DNA of 64,000 nt from Moniliella sp. 'wahieum'. Its lineage: Eukaryota. Positions 53,482 through 64,000 of this stretch are shown here, one piece after another. The stretch covers positions 310,001 to 374,000 of the forward strand of contig RSEE01000039.1 in assembly GCA_003971905.1 (NCBI GenBank). Reading direction: 5' to 3'. Position 1 is the first letter of the stretch. Each line of letters opens with the position of its first letter. The position numbers and the translations under genes were made by a program. The notes beneath the pieces are model-generated. The model was not told the DNA's origin and did not search any database. It worked only from the letters and a program-made list of their open reading frames with translations.

Positions 53482-56332
53482 ATGGACGCAATGAGCTCGT
53501 CCCCGGCACCCTCTCATTTCTCCGCCTCTATTCCATCTCCCTGCACCGAGCACGCCGAATCGCGGAAGACTCCTTCTAATCCGGTCGCAGCGCCACACTC
53601 CAGCTCACTTACCACCTCGCCGTCGGATGCGTTCGAGGAACTGGCCGACTCGAACAGTCTAAGCACGGGTGCCCGCTCCAGTCGAATAGTGAATGACATT
53701 ATGGGCCAAGCGGTGCCCCATGCCACGCTGCGCAAGACGGCGCTGGATCAGGATCGTTTGATTTTAGCCCCCTCGGTCGGCCTCGGGAAGGCAGAGAACC
53801 CGTTCTCCAGAATCCTGACCCTCATGGAACCCCCCTCCTCTCCGAACACCGTCGTTCAAGGCGCAGACGCACCTTGTCTGGCCCCTTGCGTCTGGTTCTG
53901 GATCGAACCCTGTTACCTCCTACACAGCCCAACGGGGTGCAACCCAGCACGACTGGGGCGGCGGCAACGAGCAAGCGGCCAACAAGAGCCGCAAGCATAT
54001 CAATTGACCGGCCCTGGTCTAATGTTGGTCACAACTACAGCGCCTCGGCCGACTCTCCCTTTGGCAAGTTTCCCCATCTCCATGGCGCATCGGACCGAAC
54101 GCTGCCTAATAAGAGGCCGCCTGCCTTATCGCGCAAGAACCGATTTGCCCATCTTTTGGGTCGAACCAATAGCAACAGTGGAGATGCAGAGCCCATATCC
54201 CGGAGATCAAACTTTTTGTCACGCATTCGACGGCATCGGCCTCGTACCCCCAAGAGTGTGTTGGCTGACCTGAGGGCGGGAGATCGATCCCCCTCCTGGC
54301 TCAGGGGAAGGCAACCTAGTTCATCTCCTCTGCCCAACTATCCCATCTCGTCTTCTGCTGGTGGAGAACCGGATACGGTCTCGGTGAACGTCTCTGGCCA
54401 TTCTCACCCAAGTGGAGCGATTCCTAGCCCTCAACTTCAACCAACCCGATCGTCTTTCTCATCTCCGCTCCAACGGGTGACCCACCCGATAACCCATCCC
54501 CACCAGAGATGGGCGAAAGTGGAGACGATGCATGTTCCGCTTCTCAAACTGCGATCGGAAGATCACGAAAGGTTTCCGTTCCGCCCGTGTCATGGGCACG
54601 ATTTGGAGGACCAGGAGGTGTCCTTCGCAATGGGTTAGATCCCCCCTCTTCCTCTGTCAGACTATTGCACACCACAGAAGCAACAGCCTATCCAAACGTC
54701 ATTCGTCCGAGGGCCTTTACTACAAGTTCATATGACAAGTTTTTGCCCTCGCTTGGATATACGTCCGGCGTTGGTTCTGGCACTAGTTTCTCTCCCGTCC
54801 GACCTCCGAGGGTGAGCAGCAGGTTCGGAAGCGGGATCTACGTTTGCGTACTCTGGATCATTCCTCTGATGACCACATCGCGGCCCCCCAAACACTGCCC
54901 ACCAGTTCAATCCATGTTGAGCACCCACTTTCTTTGCTTCAACCCCCCACATGCAAACGTTGCGGGATCAAGTTCGGAAGCGCCATCCTTCTGTCCCCCT
55001 ATGATGGATGCCTGGGCGGATTGGTCGGAAATACGAGAAAAGCGAATTGCACGATCTGATGTTACGATGCATGCGTCGGAACAAAGTCTGCCTGGGACTA
55101 CACGCGTCGCTTCTCCGAACGACACCCAGTGGATTGACTTACAACCAGCTGTCGCTCGCCCTTCTTCTTCTGCGACGGTAGTTCATCCGCATCATCAATC
55201 TGACGATACTGTTCTTGGTCCCACCCGATTTGACCGTCCGGTACAGCTCAACAATAATACAGCGGTAACACCCTGTATCCCTCTGGTCCGTGATGGGAGT
55301 GCCCAGTCCGGTGACTCAACGCGTACCCCTGGGACGCCGACTGCATTTACCAGGTTGAGCATTTCGACCTCCCAATCGGGTTTTGTTACGCCCAATAGCG
55401 CAGTTCCTACATCGCAAATACAGCTGGAGGATCTGAGCCCTCTCTTTAACCGCGTCCATTCTTCGGAAGCCGAAGCTGAAAGTGAAGCGAGATCACCCGC
55501 GTCGTCTTCGTCCCATGTTTTGGCCCACGACATTCCGTCTCGTCACAGCCTGTTGGCCTGGACAGATGATGGGTTGAACCAGCCCCTGGGCACAGGACCT
55601 TCGCGTGCCAACAGTCTTGTTGAGCCTAATAGGCAACAATCACGGGGGTCTGTGACAATGGGATCAGTTCAAAGGCGCAAGTCAACTGGGTCTGTTTCCA
55701 GCCCCAAACTGTCCCCGCCAGGTATTGACGGTCCTTTGACTTCGTGGGGGTCCATGCGGTTTGATCCGGACCAGCGAATGTGGTATCGTCCTGGGGACAA
55801 TATGAGCCTTCCAAGTTGGTCTTCATCTTGGTCTGCACGGAACGGGCGGGGACTTGATTCGCCCACCTCACTTCATTCCAATGCTCACCCTCTGCCTCCG
55901 GTTATGACAAGCACCGCACTGAGGATGAGCTGGACGATATCTGACTCGCCACTCGGGACTGGCTGTGCCGGGAGCGACCTTTCCGACGACGATGAAGAAC
56001 AGAGGTTGTCAGCCCGACCTGCATTGACTGTGTCCTCGACTACATTTCCCCAATTGTCGCCCATTCCAGTGCCAAGCGAGTCAACTAATTTGGCTGCCAC
56101 TCCTTCACCAATGTCGCTGCCAAAATCTCTTTTCCATCCACGTGGCCAACTTCATTATCTGAGGAGATCGAGCTCACTACCACGTTTTTCGCAGCCCAGG
56201 CGGCCCACATTGTTGTCTTGCGCGCACTTGGTCTTGGTCTTGCCTAGCGTGCAACTCAAGGACAGTGGTGGTTGTTTGTGGTTACACTCTGGTCTTGGAT
56301 GGAATCGCAGGATGCCCTCTCGATCCTATTAA
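53482..56332 (+). CDS. Large Ser/Pro/Arg-rich, probably disordered protein of unknown function (frameshifted; ends approximate)
   Basis: Three overlapping long plus-strand ORFs (53212-54273, 53874-54638, 54509-56332) with protein-like low-complexity composition; no domain recognised. Confidence 0.55.
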
Positions 56333-57076
56333 CAGTTGCCCTCAAGCTCCACCCTTCTCCCTGTTTCGCCTCACTGTCGGTCCTCATTCGTTTGATCTTT
56401 ATATACGTTTTGTGGTTTGGCACAACTGTTTGAGTGGCGTCGTGGCTTTTGGTTTTCTCCAACCAACGTCTTGCGAGGTGGTTTTTGGGCTTGATGGTTG
56501 GGGAGCAGAGGGGGGCTTGATATCCACTCAACTGTGCCATCCACATACGCACACCCTAATTTATATATTCTCCTCCTCGTTTTTTACGTTTTTGTGGTAA
56601 CAACAATCGTTATCCTTCGGTGCAGTAAATCACGGGGGCTGGTTCCCGTCATCGATCCTCTCACAGTGTGAAGCGATATGAACGTAGCGACATTGTTCTT
56701 ACCCTCGCCACTCATGCAAACCATGGGGCAAGACGGGGGTTAGCACCTCGTCAAGGTGGTGGGGAGACGCGCATATCGATGTTTGGACATAGAAATGGCG
56801 GGCTGAACGTTGAACGTTGAATTTCTCGAGAGCAAGCTTGAAATCTTGGTGGGGGGCAAACAAATAAGGTAGTAGGGTTCTGCAACTCAGTAATGGCACT
56901 GACCAGTGACTAGTGACTAGTGACTAGTGACCGGTGACCCCAGTCACAGTGCCCTTGTGTCCCGTCGGGATCAACCGGAAGGCTGCTCTGCTCGGCTGGC
57001 CATCAAGCTCATCAAGCTGCAAGGCGTCCGGTGTTTTTCTCTTGCCATCGCTGCCCAGACCTCTCTGCCAGTGACC

Positions 57077-57688
57077 ATGCAGCCCTCCAAGCCCACCCTC
57101 AGCGGCGGCCCGCCGCGCCCAAGTACGTCAAATGGGTGCGTACCTCTCCCTGTCTTGGCCCTGCGGCAGGCAGCAGTCGTTGACCTTCCGTGGCTCTTTG
57201 TTCCCACTTTCTTTTCGGTGCTCCGTCCGCTGCTCTATCCCTAGCTCGGCTGGTGGGGCAACATCTCTGGCTATGGCCAGGTTGGCCAGGCCCAGCGTGG
57301 TATCATCACGTACAGTACGTTTGTTTACCCTCCCCCATCCACTTGCCAACGGCGCCACGCGCGTGGCGATGGATCGACGCCTTTGTTGAGGCTCCCGTCC
57401 TATACTACCGCGCTCCGCATGTCCCGTTACCCACGCTTAAGATCCTTCTCTTAGCCACATGCTGTCTGCTAACCTGCTTTGCTGTCAGCCTTGTCGCCCA
57501 ACCAGGTCAGCATCACCCGCCACATGTTCCGTGACCACGCCAAGTGGTTCGTCATTCGTGCCAGCCGTCAGGCCTGGGCTGTGGTCCCGGCGGGCCTGCT
57601 TTACTACGGTCTGCTGAACTGGTCCAAGGAGACCAACCACTATTTGTCCTCCAAGGAAGGCATTCTCAAGCACGGCCACCACGAGTAA
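57077..57688 (+). CDS. QCR8: Cytochrome bc1 complex subunit 8; introns about 57136-57244 and 57315-57488
   Basis: Spliced product MQPSKPTLSGG..LGWWGNI..QRGIITYTLSPNQ..RASRQAWAVVPAGLLYYGLLNWSKETNHYLSSKEG. Confidence 0.88.
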
Positions 57689-58309
57689 TGCCTTGTACTC
57701 GCGTCGGTCGTAAACCTTCTGTAAACCTTAGCCTTCAGGGGGTGCATCCGCTCCAGGACCGGTGCTTGTCCAGTTGGGTCCCGAATGCATTTCCTCATGG
57801 CCTGCCATTATGACCGTCATGCACCTCCTTATTGATACCATGGCGGATGTGCGAGAATGCGACCACGCTGGCCATGTTCATGGAACGCTGAGGCTCAGGG
57901 GTGGGATGGCGGGTTCCACACGTGATAGCTAATGGCACCCAACGCAAGAAGAGGTGAGAGAGCACCAGAGGGGAGTGTCCTTGGCCATCAGTAGCACAAC
58001 TGTCCAAGGTAACCATTGGCAACTCAGACTGGCAGCTGACGGTTGCTGCCCCCGTCGAGGGCAAAGTGCAATGGCTTGCCTGGCATACCCGAAGGGCAGT
58101 GGGCACCCACAAATGCACCTCGTTTCTTCTCACGCGTCACGTGCTCGCGCGGGGCGCTACCAAAATGTACGCCTCGATAAAACCAAGCTCAACAATCAAT
58201 ACACACTGCCCCTGTGCGCCGTGCGGACAATTCCGCGCCGCCACCTCGTGCGGCTACGCGGCGGCGCCTCGGATCGCCAGGCACCCAGCTGCCATCGCCC
58301 GCCCCGCCC

Positions 58310-59950
58310 ATGTCCGACGACGCTGAGCCCGATACGCTCGAGAAGCGCGTGCCCTACTGGCGCGACCAGGCGAAGGAAGCGCGTGCCGCTCTCGCAGACG
58401 CCCAGGATGCTCTGGCCGAGTTGGAGGAGATGAGTCGCGGCCTCGAGGCCGAACTCGAGACGGAACTGGCTGCTGCTCAGCGCGCGCGCGACGTGGCTAC
58501 CCGTGCGGCAGAGACAGCCAAGGCAGAGGCCACGTCGTGGAAAGAACGCTACTCTGCCGCTTCGTCCGAGGGGGCTGCCGAGCTCGCGGCGGTTCGGCGG
58601 GAACTGACCCGGACGCGGATGAGATATGCTGCCCATCGCGACGTCTGCGTGACATGGAGGTGAATAACGATGAGCTCGAGCGGCGGAGCGAGCGATCGCT
58701 GCGTCTCTCTCTGACATGGAAGCCAAGTACAATCGTTCGTTGGAACAGACGGTTCTGCTTCAGGAAGAGATTGCAGCCAAGGATGCTGTTGGAGGAAAAA
58801 ACGTCTCAAGGATTACATTTCGGGTGCGTCCTAGCCTTGATGCATCCATTGTGCTAGCCTGTGCTGATCGATTCTCGTTCGCCTTGCCTCTATGCAGAAC
58901 TTACGGAGGAACTCGCCGTCCGAAGGGTACGCGCTGCCACCCCCGACCCGACCCCCGCTGAAACGGCACCGGTCGTGTCACCCCGTGGAGGTGACGGTGC
59001 GAGTCCTTCGCCCGAGTCCACCGCCCCTCCTATTCGAAGGCCATACACTTCAGCTTCTGTCAGGCCTTCTTTCAACACCTCTCCCCCTGAATCCCCCATG
59101 CCACCATCAACAGGCGCACGTAGCTCCACCCCTCTCACGACGCCCACCCGTGCGATACTCACGGGGGAAGGACCACTCCTTTGATCCCTTCTACTTCAGC
59201 GTTACCCCGCCCTCGCAAACTGTGCACAGGTCTGCATTGCCGCGGGGATCGACACCGCGTACCACAGTCCGCACCTCTTCCGCGCGTACGGGTGGGGGGC
59301 CGTCCGAGTTGACGGCGCGGATCAATGCGTTGAAACAGCAGCTCAACCGAGCCCAGCGGCCCATGCTAGACAGGCGGGGCCGTGTGAGCGGGATCCCTCG
59401 TCCTGTCAGCCGCATGAGTGCCTCCGGAACCGTATCGCCCTCTACATCCTTTAGCTCTGTCACCCCAGGTCCTTCCCCCATCCCTCCTCCAACCGGGATC
59501 CCCAAGCCGAGGGGCTCAGTAGATCGAACGGGCTTGCCGCGCCTCTCCTCTAGTACCTTGTACCGATCTCCTTCTACCGTCTTGGCGCCATCCCATGCAG
59601 GACGGGTGCGCACACGGCCGGCTTCCCAACTTTCGTTTCATGCCAGTTCGGACGCTGGGACAGGACGTAGCAGTCCTTCCCGCCCTCCTTCCCGCTCCTT
59701 GTGCTCCACTCGGCCTTGGTCCCCCTCAGCCCAAGCGGCCGGGCCTCGACCCTTCTCACCCGCTGGCCGGCCTTTTTCTCCCCCCAAGTCGGGGTTACCT
59801 CGTCTTTCGTCTACCCACACTCGCCGCCATAGTCAAGCGCTTACCAATCTGGGCTCGATCAACGCGGCCCTCTCCACCCCTTCACCGGCCGACAGGCTTG
59901 CGGGCCGCGTGGCAATCGAGCGGGCACGCAGTCCCAACCAGAAACCTTGA
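58310..59950 (+). CDS. NudE/NDE1-like dynein regulator (coiled coil plus Ser/Pro-rich tail)
   Basis: YWRDQ..LAELEEMSRGLEAELETEL, RLRDMEVNNDELER, DMEAKYNRSLEQTVLLQEEI; intron(s) about 58824-58897. Confidence 0.82.
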
Positions 59951-60357
59951 ATAGGATGGATTTGGTCGGGCACTCGGCAGTCTGGCGCGAGGTTTATCTG
60001 GCTCAAATTTATGAATGCTGTGGCCACTAGGGGGGATAGCACGGGAGCATCTTGACGCTTTGAGGATGGCAAGGGGGATGGCAAAGGGAATTGAAGTGCA
60101 GAAACATTTATGCAGGACGACAATGACCTTGACAAGGGCAACCCGTCGCAATCAACGATACGAGAAAATGTGGAGGGGATCCAATCAGGCGATGGGAGCA
60201 AGAGCCAGCTTGCCGCACCACTTGCGCCAGTAGGATGGTTACAAACACAGGCGTGCATGTTCCTCGCAAACGGACAGTGGACGCAACATAAGAGAGATCG
60301 TGGGAAAAAAAGAAAAGGGGAGAGTCGGGGGAGAAAGGAACGAAGAAGGTGGGCTGC

Positions 60358-61535
60358 TTAGGCGTCGTAGCCCCACTTGACTTGCGAGGAGCCCGAGGTG
60401 ACAATGTTCTGGTAGGCAGTGCCGACAGCAAGGAAGTTTTCGGTAGTGTCGGGAATCCACTCGACGACCTGGGCCTTGTTCGTCTTGCCGTCTGCGACAA
60501 TGGTGATCCACTTGCCACAGGCGTCCTGCAGCTTATCGTTGGGGTACGCAGCTGAGGGGCCGACGGCGGCTGTGATGGTGTTCTTCTCGACCTTGATGCC
60601 AGGGCACCATTCAGGGTCAATGTCGTCCCACCATTGCAGTGCCGTCGTGTACATAGCCTTCGGTGTATCCGATGATGCCTTGCCCGACGCTGCCGGGGCC
60701 ACCGCCGAGGACGACGACGACGCCGATGCCGACGCGGGGGCCTTCACGTGCTCAAACTTGGAAGAGGCGGCTTGGCTGGACGATGCAGACGCGGAACTAG
60801 ACTTTGAAGAGGACGAAATGGTGGGTCCGCAGGGGGAAGGAGTACCATCATCGAACGACCACTCGACATTGAAGAGGCCAAGCACATGGTTGGCCAGCTT
60901 ACCGAACAGACCGTACGTCAGGTCAATGTCGCAAGCATTCAGGCAGGTTTGCGTCGAGGCTGCGTCGATTCAATGCAATACCAGTCAGATCGTCTACAAA
61001 GCAATGTACTTGTGTGTGAGGAAGAAGGGGGAGAGGGTAAACGGAACGTACGCGACTCGGGGCATTCATCCATAATGCGAGCCTGCTGGGAGCCAAGGAT
61101 GCCCTTGATAGTGATCGTCTTGAAGCAGAGCTCCTCGCGGCTAATGCCTTGGTCAGCAAAGTACTTGTATCCCGGTGTGGCCAGAGCGACACCCATCTGT
61201 ACCCGGCCCAAGAGTCAGTACCAACAGCGCATCGGCGAGCAAAGCATACGGACCGTGTTGTCGTTCATGTCGGGACCACCGCAGGAACCCTGGGCCGACT
61301 CGCCCTCGGTCTGAGGGTGGTAAAAGGTGGCCTGGCCCTGGATCCCACGGGCAGCGACGCGGGCAGCCAGCGTGGCATTCTTGGCAATGTACTCGTGCCG
61401 GCCCGGGCGGGGGGCGGGGGCACGGGGATGCTCAAAGTGACGGCCAATGACGTGGTGGTTGGGCGCGTGGTGGGCGGCCAACGCACTGGTGGCGCCAAGC
61501 AGGAGAAGGAGGGAGGTAAGGACCGTGGGTGCCAT
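60358..61535 (-). CDS. Secreted protein with two DPBB (RlpA/expansin-like) domains, paralogue A; introns 61197-61253 and 60960-61051
   Basis: Signal peptide MAPTVLTSLLLLLGATSALA; GQATFY..GSCG, CFKTITI..ARIMDECP..CDIDLT..F; Ser/Ala linker; second domain WC..ACGKWITI..AQVVEW. Confidence 0.8.
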
Positions 61536-62636
61536 GTCGACCGACAGAAAGAGGGTGGAGACGCGGGGGGAGGGGGAGGGGGCGAGGGGTGGTGGGGGCT
61601 GGGAGGAGGGGCCGCAGGCGACGGGGCAGCTCCCGAGCTCGGCTGGCATGGAGGCCGCGGCGGAGGGCAGCACTGCCCCGTAGACACAGTGGCCTGCGCC
61701 CCATCTGGCTGCCATACTGCCCGCCTGCACGCCTTGTCGATCCATGCGTGGTGCAGGCCCAGTAGGCGTGTGCTGAACGTTCAGCTGAACAATGTGCCCT
61801 GTCTGCCTGCGGGCACTGCGTGGTACTACTGCTCGCGTTCGGCGAGCGGGACAGTGACGCGGGTGGCGGTCACCTGACCAGGCGGTCAGCGGTCCCCGCG
61901 TAGCTCATGCATCACTGCATCACCGGGCTTGGGCGCCCCTGCACCTCTGCTGAACCGGTGATCGCACGATGAGATCGATGGTTTCGATGCCCGGAAGCCC
62001 GCAGACATGTGGAATGTTCAAATTTCATGGCATTCGGGCTTTCATCGATTTCATCGGTCGTTCGTCGATCGTTCATCGTCCGACTTGCTCAGACACCCGA
62101 ACCGCCTCAGCCCCGGGACGGCTGCGGGCAGCCGGGCACACTGGGGAGGTGCTGCTGCGCCGAGTGGTTGCGTGGAGGTGGTCGACGCCACACTGGGCGG
62201 CTGCCCCGCCGCGAACAGCGTGCGGCGCCAGTGTTCCTACCGTTGCGCCCCCCCCGAGCGGCCACCGCGATGGCCCCGCCACACTCGCCTCCTGCCCGCC
62301 CCGTCCGCCCCCCGTGCCCCGAGCTCATCGGGGGCGGCCAATGCTGTGCCGCCAGAAAAGGTGGCCATTCAGCACAGCGTCTGTGTCCGCCAGCGGGACC
62401 CTCCTTGGGCAACCCTCGTTGCCAGACGGCACACCTGGTCGCCAGTATATAATGCACCGGTCTGATCTCCGCCCAAGCTGTTTGCCTCCCCATCCGTCCC
62501 CTGCCCTCCTCAACCACCCCCGACTGCACGCTGGCGTGTATCGCGTTCTTCCATCCCTCCCATATCGCATCACTCCGCCCCTCCCGCTTCCCTTTAACTC
62601 TACCCCACCCCCCCCAGCACCTCCTTGATCCACACA

Positions 62637-63641
62637 ATGGTCCGCTCCGTCCTTGCTACTCTTCTCCTTGCCCTGGGGGCAAGCCAAGTCTTTGCTGGAC
62701 ACCACCCACAGCAGCGCCGTGCTCTGGGTTCGCGCCAAAACATCCATGCCGCGCACGCTGCCCGCCGTGCGGACACCAAGCCTGAGCGTCACGAGTACAT
62801 TCGCTCCAACAGCACATTGGCCGCCCGCTCGGCTGAGCGCCGTGACAACCAAGGCCAAGCTACCTTTTACCGTCCTGCCTCGGAGGGTGGCTCCCAAAGC
62901 TCGTGCGGCCCATACATTTCCGACAGCTCCAATGTTTTGCCTTGGCGCAGGCTGGCTGGGATTACTTTGCGAGCCAAGGCATCGACCAACAGTCTCTCTG
63001 CAACAAGGAGATTACCATCCAGGGTCCTTTCGGTTCTCAAACGGCCAAGATCCTTGACACGTGCCCTCCCGATTCGTCGACGAACACGTGTGGCAACATG
63101 TGCGACATTGACCTGACGTACGACCTCTTCGGGTTGCTGGACAACTACGATGCAGGTATCTTCAACGTTCACTGGTCTTTTGCCGATGGCACTCCGTCTC
63201 CTTGCGGCCAGGGATCGTCGTCTTCGTCCTCGTCGTCCTCTTCCAAGGCGTCTACGCCTACCCACAAGTCGGCTGTGGCACAGCCTACCGGCTCGTCAAG
63301 CTCGTCAGGTTCTCCTGCCCCTCGTCTTCGTCATCTGGTTCTTCTTCGACCTTCTCCACCGCCCTGCAATGGTGGGACGACATCGACTCGCAATGGTGCC
63401 CTGGAATCACCATCCCGTCCGGCGCTGTTCAGGCGGCTGTGGGCCCAACGAGCCAATACTCTAACGATGACTTGTCCAAGACCTGCGGCAAATGGGTGAC
63501 GATTGACGCTAACGGCAAGAAACTCAAGCGATTGTCGTTGAATGGGTTCCCAACTCGAGCCAGAACCTCCTTGCTGTCGGCAACCCATACAACGACATTG
63601 TTGGCTCCGGCAGCGGCTCAGTTACCTGGAGCTTCAACTAA
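62637..63641 (+). CDS. Secreted protein with two DPBB (RlpA/expansin-like) domains, paralogue B; intronless, a few indels
   Basis: Signal peptide MVRSVLATLLLALGASQVFA; GQATFY..SSCG, CNKEITI..AKILDTCP..CDIDLTYDLF; Ser linker; TALQWWDDID..WCPG..TCGKWVTI..VTWSFN*. Confidence 0.8.
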
Positions 63642-64000
63642 ACCCGATTCGATTTCTTTCTTTTTACATCCCCGTGTATCCTTTGGGAGACTGGCTTCTT
63701 CCTTGGTGTGCTCGGGGCGCCTTTCTTCGGCGCTTTCACTTGTATCCATTTCATCCTCGTATGGCTGTGATGCCATATGTGTGTACCTCCCACTCTCCCT
63801 TGTTTTTCTCTTTTGTTACGGTGCGGTTCCACCGACTTATATTGATACGTTTGCCGGCCAGGTGACCGGCGACATCGATACAATCCCCCCGAGCAGGAAA
63901 AGACTAGCTGGTTCTTGCAGAGCGTCGGCTTGCGTTGGCACGCCGACTGGTGCAATGTGTTGCCTACCTGTGACTTGCCTGTGTAAAGAGAGCCGCAGGT

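Overview
Eukaryotic, GC-rich, intron-poor fungal DNA, most consistent with a basidiomycete (smut-like or yeast-like lineage; inferred from EF-1alpha, intron style GTAYGT...CTRAC...YAG and gene content). The assembly carries many 1-2 bp indels (even EF-1alpha is frameshifted twice at C-runs), so frameshifts in host genes are not treated as pseudogenisation. 1-7.5 kb is a transposon nest: a truncated Ty3/Gypsy pol, tandem repeats, a small orphan ORF and a rearranged Helitron RepHel N-terminal fragment. The rest holds about 16 host genes: MARVEL protein, TEF1, PCT1, Cla4-type PAK kinase, SLY1, RhoGAP, GTP cyclohydrolase I, a Ser/Thr kinase, two divergently transcribed microbial-rhodopsin paralogues, a RING-PH-vWA (Far1/Ste5-like) protein, alanine-glyoxylate aminotransferase, a Ser/Pro-rich unknown, QCR8, NudE and two divergent secreted double-DPBB (expansin/RlpA-like) paralogues, plus LTR remnants. 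Most notable: (1) a pervasive intergenic sequence grammar in which many different palindromic hexamers (A-NNNN-T) are chained at 7-bp period through TCA/TGA junctions; (2) a head-to-head rhodopsin pair that keeps the Schiff-base Lys but has an unusual D-S-A helix-C motif, one copy with TAG exactly at the conserved Trp codon; (3) a head-to-head DPBB pair in which one copy has two introns and the other none.
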